A stretch of 64,000 nucleotides of DNA from an uncultured virus (IMG/VR IMGVR_UViG_3300032030_000077). Taxonomy: Duplodnaviria; Heunggongvirae; Uroviricota; Caudoviricetes. The position numbers and the translations under genes were made by a program. The notes beneath the pieces are model-generated. The model was given only the letters and a program-made list of their open reading frames with translations, made no database searches and had not been told where the DNA came from. The stretch is from IMG/VR virus record IMGVR_UViG_3300032030_000077, one strand, 5' to 3'. Below, in pieces: positions 56,182 through 64,000 of this stretch (positions within the stretch are counted from its first letter, which is position 1; every line of letters starts with the position of its first letter).

Positions 56182-58362
56182 TCAAGCCTTCTGAGCAGAC
56201 TCGATAACGATTGCACTGTAAGGAACAGTGAGAGCACCAGAGCATCTGGTCTCGATCAGATACTTCATCTGGTTGTAGTCGATGTCGAAATCATCGAACA
56301 TAGAAACTGCTCCGCCCTTATCAGCGCCTACAGTGTAGTCAGAAAGGTTAACAATGATACCGATAAGATCTCTCTGAACGTTACTTACAGTTCTCTGCTG
56401 TCCTTCCATTACCTGAACGGTAACGATGCGGCTTACACGCATAGCGGAAGCAACCTCAGCCTCGGACTTGTAAAGTCTGTGGCCCATGTTGTCCTCAAGA
56501 AGGAGCATATCTGTAAGAACATCTTCAGTGGTGAAGAATACAGGATTTCCTGATCCCTTGTAGTTCTTACGAGCCTTAACTGCTGCACGGATGTAAGCCC
56601 TAGCCTTGTCATCGTCAGTAGCGTCTGCTTCATACTCAACAAACTGCTTTATGGTGAAGAGATCGTCATCGGTCCAGATAGGTCTGATGTGATCATGCTT
56701 GATGTGATCGTTAGATGCGGTAGATCTTCCGTCACCGATAAGAATTGCTCTAGCGATTTCCTCGTCGAGCATCATTCTCATCTCGCCCTTGATCCATGCA
56801 ACTACGTCGAAATCGGTGATGTCGATAACATCATCACGATCCATCTTCTGCTTCTTATAGATGGTCTGAGGATCAGTGGATCTCTTGAGCAGAGTGAAGA
56901 CTTCCTCAGTCTTTCTCTGTCCCTTGAGGTAACCCTTAGCACGTGCTTCATCCTCAGTGATGTCTGCAAATACAGACTTAATGCGGCTGAAAGGAACATG
57001 CTTGGTTCCACCAAGTACTCCGGCAACCCAATCAGTGTTTCTCTTGATCCAAGCAGGAGGATTGTTGAGAGACTTTGCTTCAGGGAACAGGAATGAAGGA
57101 TCATTTACCATGTAAGCCTGAACATCCTCGGAACGCTCGATATCGGTTCCATGCTGAAGAACCATATCACTGATTCCCATCTCCTCTTTGTGAGCCAGGA
57201 AGGACTCCTTAAGAGATCCATACTTCTTCATGTCAGCGATGATGCTGTTCTGCTCGTCAAGAGTCATGCTGTGAGCAAGAACTGCGCCCTGGCTATCGTT
57301 GTCAAATACATTGTGCTTCATATCTTCTTCTCCTTTATCAGAATTTTCGTCAGCTTTCTTCAAAGCCTCGCTGACGCAGTAATTAAGAACTTTCTTCTGT
57401 TCTTCGTTCATGGTGTCGATAACATCCTGAACGGTCCTCTTACCTTCGCCGTCAGCATGCTCGAGATGTTCATTTTCCATATCGCTGTCCTCTTCTGAAT
57501 GTCTAATTCCAACTCCATTAAGCTGATTACTGGTTTGAGCTAATGCCGACTGAAGCTGATTATGCATATTTCTAGCCATCTGTGTAAGTCTTCCATCATC
57601 CCAAACAGCTCTTGAGTTTTTATAATCATTGAGATATCCAGTTCCATATCTCTTTATAAGATCTTTACACCAGTCGACGCTCATGGAATTAAATACAAAA
57701 TCGCCATTATTATTCCTATGATAACCCTCAAGAGTAGTATCAACAGGACTCTGATCTATAGTCCAACTGACATGTATCTTATCATCGTTCTTATTATAAG
57801 ATGCTCTAGGACTTTTAACATCAGAATTCAAAGGAAGATAATGCGTAGCTTTAATTCCTACAGCATGCTCGAGTGACTCATCGTCATTAGATTCGATGTC
57901 ATTAGACTCGATGTCATCATCGCTGAATATAACAGCTTCTTCCGGATCAATGCCGTCTTCACTGTGCGCTATTGCTGTATCAATGAATGCACCGGGATTT
58001 GCACCGGCCAGAACCAAAGACACCTCACGGATTATTCCATGAACAACATCGCTACCGTTCTGATGCTTAAGCTGATTTGCATATATGGAAAGAGACTTTA
58101 TGTCGCCATTATCGACGAGCTCTCTCGCATTCTTGCCCTGAGTTGTATCATTCAGGAAAATATCAGCATAAACGCCTTCGTCTTTGCAGTGAAGGAGAGC
58201 ATGACCGAGTACATTAAGAGGGGAATCATGCTTGTGATCCCACACGAGCGGAACGGTCTGTCCATCGCACTCATCAAATGCTCCGGGTTTTATAGTTCTT
58301 CCATCTGCACACTTGATGTTAAAGCGGGTAGCCCATCCACCAAAGTCTCTAGTCTTACCCAT
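56182..58362 (-). CDS. Prohead protease - scaffold - major capsid fusion (HK97-type)
   Basis: N-terminal protease PLVWDH, SLSI and EVSLV..GANP.A; C-terminal HK97-fold capsid (EE...AIL.GDG); internal RBS+ATG at 57480 and 57321. Confidence 0.85.
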   Translation of the reverse strand: MGKTRDFGGWATRFNIKCADGRTIKPGAFDECDGQTVPLVWDHKHDSPLNVLGHALLHCKDEGVYADIFLNDTTQGKNARELVDNGDIKSLSIYANQLKHQNGSDVVHGIIREVSLVLAGANPGAFIDTAIAHSEDGIDPEEAVIFSDDDIESNDIESNDDESLEHAVGIKATHYLPLNSDVKSPRASYNKNDDKIHVSWTIDQSPVDTTLEGYHRNNNGDFVFNSMSVDWCKDLIKRYGTGYLNDYKNSRAVWDDGRLTQMARNMHNQLQSALAQTSNQLNGVGIRHSEEDSDMENEHLEHADGEGKRTVQDVIDTMNEEQKKVLNYCVSEALKKADENSDKGEEDMKHNVFDNDSQGAVLAHSMTLDEQNSIIADMKKYGSLKESFLAHKEEMGISDMVLQHGTDIERSEDVQAYMVNDPSFLFPEAKSLNNPPAWIKRNTDWVAGVLGGTKHVPFSRIKSVFADITEDEARAKGYLKGQRKTEEVFTLLKRSTDPQTIYKKQKMDRDDVIDITDFDVVAWIKGEMRMMLDEEIARAILIGDGRSTASNDHIKHDHIRPIWTDDDLFTIKQFVEYEADATDDDKARAYIRAAVKARKNYKGSGNPVFFTTEDVLTDMLLLEDNMGHRLYKSEAEVASAMRVSRIVTVQVMEGQQRTVSNVQRDLIGIIVNLSDYTVGADKGGAVSMFDDFDIDYNQMKYLIETRCSGALTVPYSAIVIESAQKA

Positions 58363-58390
58363 TTTGATTTTTCCTCCATTTTCTTACTTG

Positions 58391-59623
58391 CTATGACTCC
58401 ATAGATACGTCTATTTCTTCACTCTCGGCTTCTTCCAGAGCTTCTTTTGGCTGTGAAAGGTTGTTGTTGACCAACTGATCTGCCTGAGGATCGTCGACCG
58501 GCTTCATTCCAATTGCCTGTCTAATTTCATTAGAAGTTGCGATACAGTTCCTAGTAAGCTTATCTGCCAACTCTGCGAAATCAGCTATAGGCATAAGTTT
58601 GAACGGGTCTCTGAAGAACATTATTGACTGACCCTGAGTCATGGCTGTCTTAGTAAGAAATTTGCGTTTCATTTCATCAGTTATTGCTGAAACTATAGGT
58701 TCAATTGTCCTGGTATAATAGTTCTGCATGACTTTTTCGTCTGCGGTTCCATCCATTACTGCCTGAGTTATTCCAAGCTGGCTGTACAGCATGTTTGTGA
58801 AATACTCAACCTGTTCGATCATGTTGTTATCTATTGATCTATTAAGCTGGGTTATCTTTTCAGTTCCATCTGCGTATGCGATGCCATACTTGGAGCTGGA
58901 CAATTGCATCTCTATGTCTTTACGTCTTCTCTCGGCCTGCTGTCTTCTAGCCGGAGTTTTAATAATGTAAGGAAGCTGGATGATCATATCCAGTTTTCCA
59001 GTGGAATTATGCTCGTCAATTGTGTCCAATAAATTAAGCTTCCTTATAAGCCTTGAAGCCGTGGAACTTGGTTCATTCATTACTGAATAGAACGGGTTCT
59101 CTATAATGGCTACTGACTCTTTGGGAAGTGTTATCTCTTGCTCATGGCCTATTCGGTCGTTGTACACTTTTACACGAACGTAATCCGGATACCACTGCAC
59201 TATCTTGCCGACTCTCATTGAGAGAATATCAAAGGCACCTTTTCTAATGTCGGTATTCGTGTCTATCGGTACTATTGCTATGCATCCCTCGTCGAGAAGT
59301 GACATAACAACATCCTGAATAAACTGTCTTCCATTCTGGTCTTTGTTTGCAGATAGTGATAGGCAATTGTTGAAATCACTTTTGATTTCTTCTTTGTATC
59401 TTCCATCTTCGTCAGTTCTTACATGACGAATATTTATGGTTGAAGCATCTATAGCTATTCGATTATAGACAGCATTTATCATCGAACGCTCATTTCCTCT
59501 CGTGAATCTAACACGATCAGGTCTTGTATAATAAGCTTCACCATAATTCCTATAATCATAGTACGGGCCGTCTCTACCGAGAAAGGCGTTCCATCCATGA
59601 TGAAGTCTATCTTTTAAACTCAT
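58391..59623 (-). CDS. Portal protein
   Basis: 410 aa upstream of the protease-capsid gene; RIA.D, LL.EG, T.NEIR..IGM.P...AD.L motifs. Confidence 0.85.
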   Translation of the reverse strand: MSLKDRLHHGWNAFLGRDGPYYDYRNYGEAYYTRPDRVRFTRGNERSMINAVYNRIAIDASTINIRHVRTDEDGRYKEEIKSDFNNCLSLSANKDQNGRQFIQDVVMSLLDEGCIAIVPIDTNTDIRKGAFDILSMRVGKIVQWYPDYVRVKVYNDRIGHEQEITLPKESVAIIENPFYSVMNEPSSTASRLIRKLNLLDTIDEHNSTGKLDMIIQLPYIIKTPARRQQAERRRKDIEMQLSSSKYGIAYADGTEKITQLNRSIDNNMIEQVEYFTNMLYSQLGITQAVMDGTADEKVMQNYYTRTIEPIVSAITDEMKRKFLTKTAMTQGQSIMFFRDPFKLMPIADFAELADKLTRNCIATSNEIRQAIGMKPVDDPQADQLVNNNLSQPKEALEEAESEEIDVSMES

Positions 59624-59643
59624 TTTGAATTTTTCCTTTCTCG

Positions 59644-61848
59644 TTATCTTCGACGAAGCTCTTCTCTAACAGCATCTACATAGCTACTTATTCTTTCATT
59701 GTCGGGAAGCGAAGCCATGTCAACATTGCTGACCTGACTTATGACAGGAGCTGCAGTACGCTGATACTTGATAGCATCTTCCTGATACTTATAGCTTCCG
59801 CCATAGTTTCCATAACCGATCTGAGCTTCAGCCTGAGCGGTATAATAGCCGTCTTTTAACTGACGTATCCTGTTATTGTAATAATCCTGAGAATCGAATT
59901 TACGTCCGGAATCGTTCTTTATTTCAGTAGCTATCTGGTTTTTAATAAAACCGTATGCTCCTGAACTTCTTGTTGAACTGAAACCTGCATCGTTAAGGGC
60001 TCTTTCAAGTAATCCCATACGATTGTTCTGGGTGGTGTTTCGTGCATTGTTATACGCGTCAGCAGTATCTTTCTTAATGTCTTTAACTCCACTTGAAACT
60101 GCATCCTGTACTTTACCTATAGTTTTAGCTATATCATCGGTCTTATCATTTGCAGTCTTCATAGCGTTAGACACTTTATCTGCTACGTCTTCACCTTTTT
60201 TAGAGTCTGCAGGTTTACCGGAATTGTTTTGCTGCCGATTCTGCTGATTATTAGGCTTTTGCGGTTGCTTCTGCTGATTCTGTTGCTGATTACCAGGTTT
60301 TTGCTGCTGATTGTTCTGCTGGTTATTATTGTTATTGCCACTTCCACCAGTAGCTAAGCTCTTGATGTACTCTGACAAATACTGTTTAACACCAGAAGAA
60401 ATTCCAGCAGGGATGTCCTCGATCAAATGATCTTTAAGATTGCTTATAAGCTGTTCACCTGCAGTCTTTGGCGGGGCAGGATTATTTTTAGCGTACTCTT
60501 CCTTGTAAAGTCTTTCGTTACGCATTCTTTCTGTAGCAATCTTAAGTTCTTCGTCTGTCATTTCAGAAGGCTTCTTATTTTCGTAAGACTTCTTCTGCTG
60601 ACCAGGATCATTAACATCCGTATCAGTATCTATTCGCTTTCCTTTATAGTCGTATGTACCATGCGATGTCTTAAATGTAGTCTTCTTATTAATCTTCTTA
60701 TTCTTACCTGTTCGGAGATTGTAACTTCTGATCATGTTTTTCATCTGATCTGGAGTTAATATATCTCCGTATCTTCTCCTACCTTCCTCAGTCAAAGAGC
60801 CGTCCGGGTTCTGAAACCGTCTAATGCCCCATTTCTGACCGAGAATACCATGATGCTCCAAATGTTCATCTTCATCCATTGCTGAATGTCTGGCAGATCT
60901 CAGATCTCTAATTTCAGCATTGAGTCTATCCCAATCAGACTGGGTCATCTCTGATGCTTTAATGTCTGACATGCCAAGGTTCTCAGCTGCTTCATTTACA
61001 TACCACCATGTATTATAATCATGACTTCCTTCAAAGTGGTCAACTATTTCTTTAGCTTTATCGACACTCTTTAAATCACTTTCCGTATATTTGTAGCCAC
61101 CATCATTAAATAAAACCAGATAAAATGCATCCGACTCCGGCTTATTTTTGGCTTCAAATTTATACATCATAGTTGTTGCTAAACTATTAGATAAATGGAA
61201 ATTCTTTTCGAGTTCGTCTGCGCCAACTTCTTCAAAAGCGTTAGACAATGTTTCTTTCAAAGAGTCTTTAGTAGACTTAAAAACATCATCGTATTTTGCT
61301 TCAAGCTCTCGCGCTTTTTCAGTCTTACCGTTTTCGTTAAGATAATACGATACGGCATTAACTGATTGCTGTTGACCATCTTCGAGACATCCCATAAATC
61401 CTTCGTTGCCAATGTCTTCAATTGTTAAATCTTCAGGATTCTTTTTATAATAAAGCGCGCTTGCTGCTATTTCAGTAGCTGCTTCATAGTAAGACATTGT
61501 TCCTTTATCTAAACCTTCAACCAATTCATCACATTCGTCAGATATGTCTTTTAATTTCTTAGTATACTCTTCACAGATATCATAAGATTTATTCTTAGCA
61601 TCAGAAGACGCACCAGTCATCCTGAACAGTTTTTCTACACCGCTCATATCGCTGTCATTCGCGTAAATACCTTCTAACGTCTTCTTTATTAAATCTTTCT
61701 GCAATTTGTTTGTCTTACGATATCTAAGCATACCTTCGGAAGTAAGGCTACCATCCCGATTCTGAAACCGTCTGATACCCCATTTCATACCGAGTATGCC
61801 ATGATGCTCCAAATAATCTGGAGACCTTTCGACGTAGTAATTGCTCAT
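59644..61848 (-). CDS. Putative internal virion (cargo/ejection) polyprotein with two HHG(I/V)LG.KWG.RR modules
   Basis: Start moved to MSNYY after AGGAG; the motif LEHHGILG(M/Q)KWGIRRFQN.DGSLT occurs twice; Q/N-rich linker. Confidence 0.7.
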   Translation of the reverse strand: MSNYYVERSPDYLEHHGILGMKWGIRRFQNRDGSLTSEGMLRYRKTNKLQKDLIKKTLEGIYANDSDMSGVEKLFRMTGASSDAKNKSYDICEEYTKKLKDISDECDELVEGLDKGTMSYYEAATEIAASALYYKKNPEDLTIEDIGNEGFMGCLEDGQQQSVNAVSYYLNENGKTEKARELEAKYDDVFKSTKDSLKETLSNAFEEVGADELEKNFHLSNSLATTMMYKFEAKNKPESDAFYLVLFNDGGYKYTESDLKSVDKAKEIVDHFEGSHDYNTWWYVNEAAENLGMSDIKASEMTQSDWDRLNAEIRDLRSARHSAMDEDEHLEHHGILGQKWGIRRFQNPDGSLTEEGRRRYGDILTPDQMKNMIRSYNLRTGKNKKINKKTTFKTSHGTYDYKGKRIDTDTDVNDPGQQKKSYENKKPSEMTDEELKIATERMRNERLYKEEYAKNNPAPPKTAGEQLISNLKDHLIEDIPAGISSGVKQYLSEYIKSLATGGSGNNNNNQQNNQQQKPGNQQQNQQKQPQKPNNQQNRQQNNSGKPADSKKGEDVADKVSNAMKTANDKTDDIAKTIGKVQDAVSSGVKDIKKDTADAYNNARNTTQNNRMGLLERALNDAGFSSTRSSGAYGFIKNQIATEIKNDSGRKFDSQDYYNNRIRQLKDGYYTAQAEAQIGYGNYGGSYKYQEDAIKYQRTAAPVISQVSNVDMASLPDNERISSYVDAVREELRRR

Positions 61849-61865
61849 TTTAGATCTCCTCTTTA

Positions 61866-61978
61866 TAAGAATCCCCATGCTGTAAGAAAATGCAGAAGCC
61901 ATGCCCACTGATGCCAAGGAAAGGAGACAAAGAATGGCGGCACAACTCCTGCACTCTCTTATAGCACAGGGATTCTTA
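61866..61978 (-). ncRNA. Long hairpin RNA with an anti-Shine-Dalgarno loop
   Basis: 40-position stem (61939-61978 with 61866-61905) with 8 G-U pairs and 1 mismatch on the minus strand; 18-nt loop UUCUUUGUCUCCUUUCCU. Confidence 0.75.
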
Positions 61979-61986
61979 AAATATCT

Positions 61987-62439
61987 TTACTTGGAAAGAG
62001 GATAGATCTTAGATGTAACCTCATCCAAGCTGCCGTCAGCTTTTGCCTTTTCGATAGCCTCAGCTGCATTTTCAGGTATTACTTTGTTAATAAACTCGGC
62101 AGCCGCTTCATGATTTGTTGCAAGCTCCATGAAAAGTACCGGATATGCAGCCGTCTGCTCGAATTCTTCGGAAAGCGGTCTTCCTGTCTGCGGATCTTTC
62201 TTATAGAACGATTTGCCATCAAGTGATCTCTCACCGTAAGCCATAAGGATCAGGCTCTTAAAGAGTTTAATAAGCTCCGGTGTGTTCTGGGCATTTGCAA
62301 TTCTGGTGATCCACTGATCGAATCCACCATCCTTTGAAAGTTCCATTTCCATAATCTCAGCATCGCTGAAATTGAAGTAGAAATCTTCCTTTCTCTTGTT
62401 TCCTGAGTAATCGGTATACTCAATCGTTTTAATGTACAT
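61987..62439 (-). CDS. Tail assembly chaperone (G-like)
   Basis: Directly after the major tail gene; KTI.YTDY.G..R.EDFYFN motif; start at MYIKT after AAAGGAG. Confidence 0.65.
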   Translation of the reverse strand: MYIKTIEYTDYSGNKRKEDFYFNFSDAEIMEMELSKDGGFDQWITRIANAQNTPELIKLFKSLILMAYGERSLDGKSFYKKDPQTGRPLSEEFEQTAAYPVLFMELATNHEAAAEFINKVIPENAAEAIEKAKADGSLDEVTSKIYPLSK

Positions 62440-62463
62440 AATTTTCTCCTTTCTAGACATAAC

Positions 62464-62491
62464 AAAAGGGGCCAGCGGTTAAGCCAGCCCC
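62464..62491 (-). terminator. Intrinsic terminator after the major tail gene
   Basis: GGGGCUGGC-UUAACC-GCUGGCCCC-UUUUG. Confidence 0.7.
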
Positions 62492-62510
62492 AAAATCATT
62501 TTGATCAACC

Positions 62511-63215
62511 TTATGCAAGCATTGCAATAACTGCATCAGGAAGAGGAAGATAAGGATCTGTAGCAACAGACTGAGGATCCTCAGGATCTGCATCGGTTCC
62601 GAAGAGTGCATCCGTAAGTCTCTTAAGCTTAGCCTTTGCCTCTTCGGTTGTGAAAGCAGTGCTGTCAATAGTAAGCAGAGAGGTAGGCTTATAGACATTG
62701 TCAGAAGCATCTTTAGAAGTAAGGGTAACAGGAGTGGTTGTGAACTCCCAGCTGAACTCGATAGCATCAGGGCTATCATTGATGGTCTGATAATCTCTCT
62801 CTGAAGGAGATGCCATGCATCCGTATACAAGGTGAATCTTGTATCCATGATCGTTACCGTCGGTGTCGTTACCAAGAACGGTTCTGTAAGCAAGACCAAA
62901 GCTCTTTCTTGACTGCTGTCCGATAGTAAGTCCACCAACCTTAGCTTCGCCGTTGCAAAGTGCCCACTCATCGGGATACATGAATGCCTTGATTGTTCCC
63001 TTGAAGGTCTCTGCTGAATAAATGCTGAGATACTTAATGTTATCAGCATACTTGTCGTTAGGCTCTGCTCCTTCAGGAGTCTCGGTAACACCGGTAAGGC
63101 CATTCCAAGCTACTCCAAGAGGATAAGCTCCTCCAGACTGAAGATAAAGTACACCATGATCGATACCTGTCTCAAAGAGACGCTCGCCGATCTGATCCCA
63201 CTGTAAAGCGCTCAT
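62511..63215 (-). CDS. Major tail protein
   Basis: WD..GER.FETG.D.GVLY, AWNGLT.V.E, YADNIKY and FSWE.TTTP. Confidence 0.85.
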   Translation of the reverse strand: MSALQWDQIGERLFETGIDHGVLYLQSGGAYPLGVAWNGLTGVTETPEGAEPNDKYADNIKYLSIYSAETFKGTIKAFMYPDEWALCNGEAKVGGLTIGQQSRKSFGLAYRTVLGNDTDGNDHGYKIHLVYGCMASPSERDYQTINDSPDAIEFSWEFTTTPVTLTSKDASDNVYKPTSLLTIDSTAFTTEEAKAKLKRLTDALFGTDADPEDPQSVATDPYLPLPDAVIAMLA

Positions 63216-63339
63216 AATATTTCTCCTTTAAAAATGTTAATTTGTTACTTTAGCCACCATTAGAAGTTTACTAGGACATCTAACAGTTATGCTTGGAATA
63301 AAAATCCCACTCATCTATTGATTGTAGTGGGAATTAATA

Positions 63340-64000
63340 CTATCTCCTTCTCACGTTAACCCTTATCGGTTCTACAGGCTCGTTTCCTGATCTATGAAAG
63401 TCTATCATGTCAGCTCTGTCTTTGATCTGGGAAAGCTGCATGCTTTTAACATTATTGATAAGGCTGGCTGCTGATGTAGCAGCAATGGCGGCTGGTAATA
63501 CCAATCCAGCAACGGGCATTGCTAATACTGCAGGGTTTAATATTACCGAACTGATCAACGCACTTCCCAAAACTGAAGAAGCTCCGGCCATGCCTTTACG
63601 CTTAGAAATTTCTTTCTTAATTGCCTGGCGGCTTTCGTTATCTACATAACTTCCGTCTTTGTTCGTGTACCTTTTCTTACCTTCGTCAGTTAAGGTTCCA
63701 TCTTCATTTTGATACCTTCTGACGCCCCATTTCATACCAAGAACGCCATGATGCTCAAGATAGTCATAAGAATGACTAAGATTAGGACTATAATAACCTT
63801 CATGCTGAGGCTTATCCTGATACTTGTAATACAAAGAAATTGCCTGCTTGATTATTTCGTGTCTTACACTATCAGGCGCCTGCCTCCAATAAGATGGATA
63901 AGAATTCCTAACAGTATTTAAAAACGAATCTACTGCTGAAACTGCATCTTTATGTCTATGAAGAGCTATAATAAAATCTGGCATTCTTCCAGCTTTACCA
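63340..64000 (-). CDS. Partial HHGVLGMKWG-motif protein (probably 5'-truncated by the window edge)
   Basis: Frame is open to the edge; LSHSYDYLEHHGVLGMKWGVRRYQNEDGTLT followed by a hydrophobic hairpin. Confidence 0.7.
   Translation of the reverse strand, partial: GKAGRMPDFIIALHRHKDAVSAVDSFLNTVRNSYPSYWRQAPDSVRHEIIKQAISLYYKYQDKPQHEGYYSPNLSHSYDYLEHHGVLGMKWGVRRYQNEDGTLTDEGKKRYTNKDGSYVDNESRQAIKKEISKRKGMAGASSVLGSALISSVILNPAVLAMPVAGLVLPAAIAATSAASLINNVKSMQLSQIKDRADMIDFHRSGNEPVEPIRVNVRRR

Noticed and set aside
57886..57915. 15-bp tandem repeat (DIESN-DIESN)
   Set aside because: A trivial slippage duplication in an acidic linker.
61987..62060. Programmed frameshift at the end of the tail chaperone
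   Set aside because: The gene is followed by a non-coding hairpin and an unrelated gene, and the putative second half is ~6 kb away with its own RBS.
877..63921. Numerous plus-strand and off-frame ORFs in the track
   Set aside because: They are shadows of long minus-strand genes, lacking RBSs or recognisable motifs.
1..64000. Integrase, repressor, tRNA genes or alternative genetic code
   Set aside because: None recognised; the ORFs tile the minus strand densely under the standard code. A small part of the genome (for example the small terminase) probably lies outside the window.

Overview
The window is a nearly complete genome of a tailed dsDNA phage (siphovirus-like). The host is probably a Bacillota/Lachnospiraceae-type bacterium, inferred from strong AGGAGG RBSs, a CHAP endolysin with Y-x-DL-x-x-AFG repeats and a SleB-like hydrolase. 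Essentially all real genes lie on the minus strand, and no integrase or repressor is visible. In transcription order (64000 to 1): a scrambled morphogenesis region (major tail, portal, protease-capsid fusion, tape measure, Dit, Tal, fibres, scattered head-tail genes, terminase), lysis genes, an array of single-gene early cassettes, a middle/replication region (fused helicase-primase-PolB, SSB, SF2 helicase), an origin-like repeat region, and a final operon with two nucleases and a 974-aa protein. Four linked features stand out. (1) The 974-aa protein carries the motifs of a single-chain two-barrel (YonO/QDE-1-like) RNA polymerase plus three HTHs, and a fixed-length 26-nt non-sigma70 motif (TCGTAA-N13-TWTAAT/TWTTAT-G) occurs 18 times upstream of transcription units. 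(2) Three of these motifs drive tandem, ORF-less, highly structured small RNAs. (3) Long intergenic RNA hairpins expose loops antisense to RBS/start regions of distant phage genes, for example a 15-nt perfect match to a hidden internal RBS of the DNA polymerase, suggesting a trans-acting antisense timing network. (4) A recurring [LI]-x-H motif marks probable prohead-protease sites in the capsid polyprotein, the HHG..MKWG cargo proteins and the RNA polymerase, suggesting the polymerase is virion-packaged. All calls are by-eye motif recognition and hand folding; no database searches were run.
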